Of a stretch of 9,530 nucleotides of DNA, positions 7,229 through 9,530 are shown in pieces; the first letter of the stretch is position 1; every line of letters starts with the position of its first letter. A model generated the notes under the pieces. It was given only the letters and a program-made list of their open reading frames with translations. It had not been told where the DNA came from and ran no database searches. Origin of the DNA: a virus (Duplodnaviria; Heunggongvirae; Uroviricota; Caudoviricetes); the IMG/VR virus record IMGVR_UViG_2778261037_000010; one strand, given 5' to 3'. Made by a program: the position numbers and the translations under genes.

Positions 7229-7267
7229 AGCCATCGATATTTCTGTCGATGGCTTTTTCTTTTTATT
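7229..7267 (+). terminator. Rho-independent terminator (stem AGCCATCGA / TCGATGGCT, 8-nt loop, then TTTTTCTTTTTATT); probably serves the convergent tfa gene as well
   Basis: Seen: perfect 9-bp stem at 7229-7237 and 7246-7254 followed by a T-run. It lies between the convergent ends of the acetyltransferase gene (7219) and tfa (stop 7263-7265). Confidence 0.7.
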
Positions 7268-7841
7268 GTGGGGCGACTGGCCACTCAACATCCGCTGCTA
7301 CTGTTGTATCAACACGATTCAACAATACCCGATATGTCTTCCATGCAGCCAGTAACGATGCCTCTTCCTCCGTCGCAATATCCAAATCTACGGCATCCTG
7401 AAGTGGCGCAATATGCTCACTGGCTACCTGCATCAGGCTGTTTTTTGTTTCTTCTGCCTCCCGTACCCGAAACAGTTTTTCTGCTTCTGCATCTTTCGCC
7501 CAGGATGTGCCGTTCCACTTCTGACACTCTCCATCCGGCGACAACCAGGTAACATTTTCCGGTAACGGACCGAGTTCAGAAATAAATAACGCGTCGCCGG
7601 AAGCCACGTCATAAACCGTTTTACCCCGATGATCTTCAACGAGATGCCACGATGACTCATCACTGTTGAAAACAGCCACGAAGCCAGCCGGAATATCTGG
7701 CGGTGCAATATAGGTACTGTTTGCTGGCAGACCTGTATGAGGCGGAATATATGCGTCACCTTCACCAATAAATTCATTAGTTCCGGTCAGCAGATTATAA
7801 ATTTTTATGGTCCGTGGTTGTTCACTCATTCTGAATGCCAT
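7263..7841 (-). CDS. tfa: Tail fibre assembly protein (lambda Tfa / P2 gpG family)
   Basis: 192-aa minus-strand ORF; N-terminus [42 protein letters not shown]... is the lambda-Tfa-type sequence I recognise. Its ATG overlaps the stop of the upstream fibre gene (TAATG), typical translational coupling. Confidence 0.9.
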   Translation of the reverse strand: MAFRMSEQPRTIKIYNLLTGTNEFIGEGDAYIPPHTGLPANSTYIAPPDIPAGFVAVFNSDESSWHLVEDHRGKTVYDVASGDALFISELGPLPENVTWLSPDGECQKWNGTSWAKDAEAEKLFRVREAEETKNSLMQVASEHIAPLQDAVDLDIATEEEASLLAAWKTYRVLLNRVDTTVAADVEWPVAPQ

Positions 7842-9453
7842 TATGCAAGCCTCACAATGTAGTTAAATGCGATGTTTTTGACAGTGTTTTCCGCGTTACC
7901 CGCAGCGTTAACGGTGATGGTGTGTCCATGTGAGCCAATCGCAACAGAGTGCGTATGAGCACCAATACCGACAGTATGTGCGTGAGCACCTGCAGATGCA
8001 GCTGTGCCGCTGACACTATGAGTGTGCGCTCCTGCAGCACTTGTATTCACACTGGCCGCAGACACTACCTTATGTACTGACCCATTTTGTGACCACTGGC
8101 TGACTGCTGATGCGCCTGTGACACTATGAGTATGGTTTCCGGCACTTGCGGCTGTACCGCTCACACTGTGCGTGTGCGCCCCGGTGTTATTCGTGGATTT
8201 AGTGCCGTAATCAAACGACGATGTGGTTTTCGTCCCCAAATCCGTACTGGATGCGCTGGCGCTGTGGGTGTGCGATTTAATGCCGTCCTGTTCCTGAGAC
8301 AATACGGCCCGACCACTGGCAGGTTTGCCCTTAATCGTCCAGCCACGCATATCAGGGATCACGCCTGACGGATAAGCGGCTGCAAGTTTCGGGTATGCAG
8401 ATTTGTCAAAAGTCTGCCCCTGCATCAGGGCATAGCCAGACGGAACGGTATCTGATGGCCACGGGATTGGTGCGCCAGGCGGATAAAACTGCTCTGATGG
8501 CGTATAGAGTGAATAAACTGTACCGTCCGTTAACCCTTCCGGCTTATTAGCAGAATATGCTGGTGACGTATGAATCGTCACGCTGGCATTACTGGTATAA
8601 TCCCATTGAATATTTACACCAGTCGCATAATTTCCGATTGCAACGTAAATATCGTAAGTATCACCAGATGTATTGACCCAGGCAAAATTTGTAAACCCTG
8701 TCGATGTGCGCTGCCATAAAGCACCAGTAATCCCCTTCGGATTACCATTACCTGCACGCAAAACAAGTTCAGATATACCTGCCTGTTGAGGTGACCCCAC
8801 GTTAAATCCCGCGCCACCAATCAACGTAATTGAAACAACAGAACTCGCCTGTGGCATGGTTACCGTTGCTAATTTGAACCAACCAGCACCACCGCTGAAT
8901 GACATTGTTGTTGAGTTAAGCGTACCAATATCTTTCGGCGTCAGTGTTATATCCGATGAAAGCGCCTTACCATTCACCTTACGGGCAGAAGGTACCCGAC
9001 CATTCGCATTATCATTAGCTGCTTTCACTGCTTTCGGTGTCGCGGCAAGCGTTTCAGATGCGCTGTTGGTTGCACTACTGAGCTGGACAATTCCTTTTTG
9101 TGCTGTCGTAGCGTCCTGAGCAGTATATTTCCCGTTAGCAAGGTCATAGGCTGCCTTTACCGACTTTGGCGTTGCCGCCAGCATTTCAGATGTGCTGTTG
9201 GTCGCGTTGCTAAGCTGAACTATCCCTTTCTGTGCTGTCGTTGCATCCTGTGCGGTGTATTTCCCGTTAGCCAGCTCATACGCGGCCTTAACGGCTTTTG
9301 GCGTTGCCGCCAGTGACTCGGAAGTGCTGTTAGTCGCACTGCTGAGCTGTACTATCCCCTTTTTCGTCGTGCTCGCATCCTCAAGCGCCACGGCGGATGC
9401 AATATCCTCTGCCCGTTTTGCCGCTGTCTCAGCGCGCGTTGCTGCAGATTCCG
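7841..9453 (-). pseudogene. stf: Side tail fibre protein (lambda Stf-like C-terminal part; P2 gpH equivalent), 5'-truncated by an IS3-family insertion at 9453/9454
   Basis: Seen: minus-strand frame open from the IS junction to TAA at 7843..7841; no plausible start (the ORF-track 'M' at 9391 is a GTG; the frame has an in-frame stop at 9481..9479 inside the IS end). Protein contains three tandem ~44-aa fibre repeats (…[32 protein letters not shown]…), His-rich HTHS repeats and the ending …[19 protein letters not shown], which match lambda Stf-type fibre C-termini as I recall them. Confidence 0.85.
8999..9391 (-). repeat. Three imperfect tandem copies of a ~132-bp unit inside the tail fibre gene (encode the 44-aa fibre repeat)
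   Basis: Seen at DNA level (e.g. ...TATTTCCCGTTAGC... recurring at 9126 and 9258; third copy about 8999-9124) and at protein level with period 44 aa. Confidence 0.8.
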
Positions 9454-9530
9454 TGAACCGCCCCGGAAATCCTGGAGACTAAACTCCCTGAGAAAGAGGT
9501 AAACAGGATGACTAAAAATACTCGTTTTTC
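9454..9530 (+). mobile_element. Left end of an IS3-family insertion sequence (resembles IS629/IS1203 from memory); continues beyond the window
   Basis: Seen: sequence from 9454 begins TGAACCGCCCCGG..., with an RBS (AGAGG) and ATG at 9508 opening MTKNTRF..., which I recognise as the start of the orfA product of IS629/IS1203-type IS3-family elements. The tail fibre frame breaks exactly here. Precise IS identity is a recollection, not a search result. Confidence 0.75.
9508..9530 (+). CDS. IS3-family transposase OrfA, first 7 codons only (3'-truncated by window edge)
   Basis: ATG at 9508 preceded by GAGAAAGAGG; translation MTKNTRF. Confidence 0.7.

Noticed and set aside
7268-7777. Plus-strand ORF 7268..7552 and minus-strand ORF 7433..7777 inside tfa
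   Set aside because: Overlap the strongly supported tfa gene in other frames; no independent signals.
7870-9391. Diversity-generating retroelement target or CRISPR-like array suggested by repeats in the fibre gene
   Set aside because: The repeats are in-frame protein-coding tandem repeats (132-bp period) and His-box repeats; there is no reverse transcriptase gene or template repeat, no spacer-repeat architecture and no cas genes in the window.
9389-9482. Possible invertible tail-fibre segment (Gin/Cin/Pin-type crossover site) at the point where the fibre frame breaks
   Set aside because: The sequence beyond the break is recognisable as an IS3-family end with an orfA start (MTKNTRF), not an invertase gene (these start like MLIGYVRVS...). 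An IS insertion explains the break more simply.

Overview
This window is the tail-morphogenesis region of a decayed P2-like prophage in an IS-rich enterobacterial (E. coli/Shigella-like) genome. All calls rest on reading the ORF translations and the DNA by eye and on recalled family knowledge; no searches were run. Left to right: the 3' part of an IS30 copy (1-494) inserted into tail gene D, leaving only its first ~89 codons (minus strand, 761->495); a plus-strand operon FI (sheath), FII (tube), E and E+E' (with a TTTTTTG -1 slippery site), T (tape measure, apparently frameshifted in a TT run near 5144) and U; an AT-rich single-gene moron encoding a hexapeptide-repeat acetyltransferase with a near-consensus sigma70 promoter and a strong intrinsic terminator; then on the minus strand a lambda-type tail fibre assembly gene (tfa) and the C-terminal ~537 codons of a side tail fibre gene, cut off at its 5' side by an IS3-family element (9454-9530). 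The most notable points are: (i) the FI-U block is in the opposite orientation to both flanking tail genes, unlike canonical P2, suggesting an inversion; (ii) the acetyltransferase moron sits in the tail-fibre/sheath junction that is an accessory-gene hotspot in P2-like phages; (iii) D, T and stf are all disrupted or suspect, so the prophage is probably defective. No rRNA, tRNA or CRISPR array was seen.
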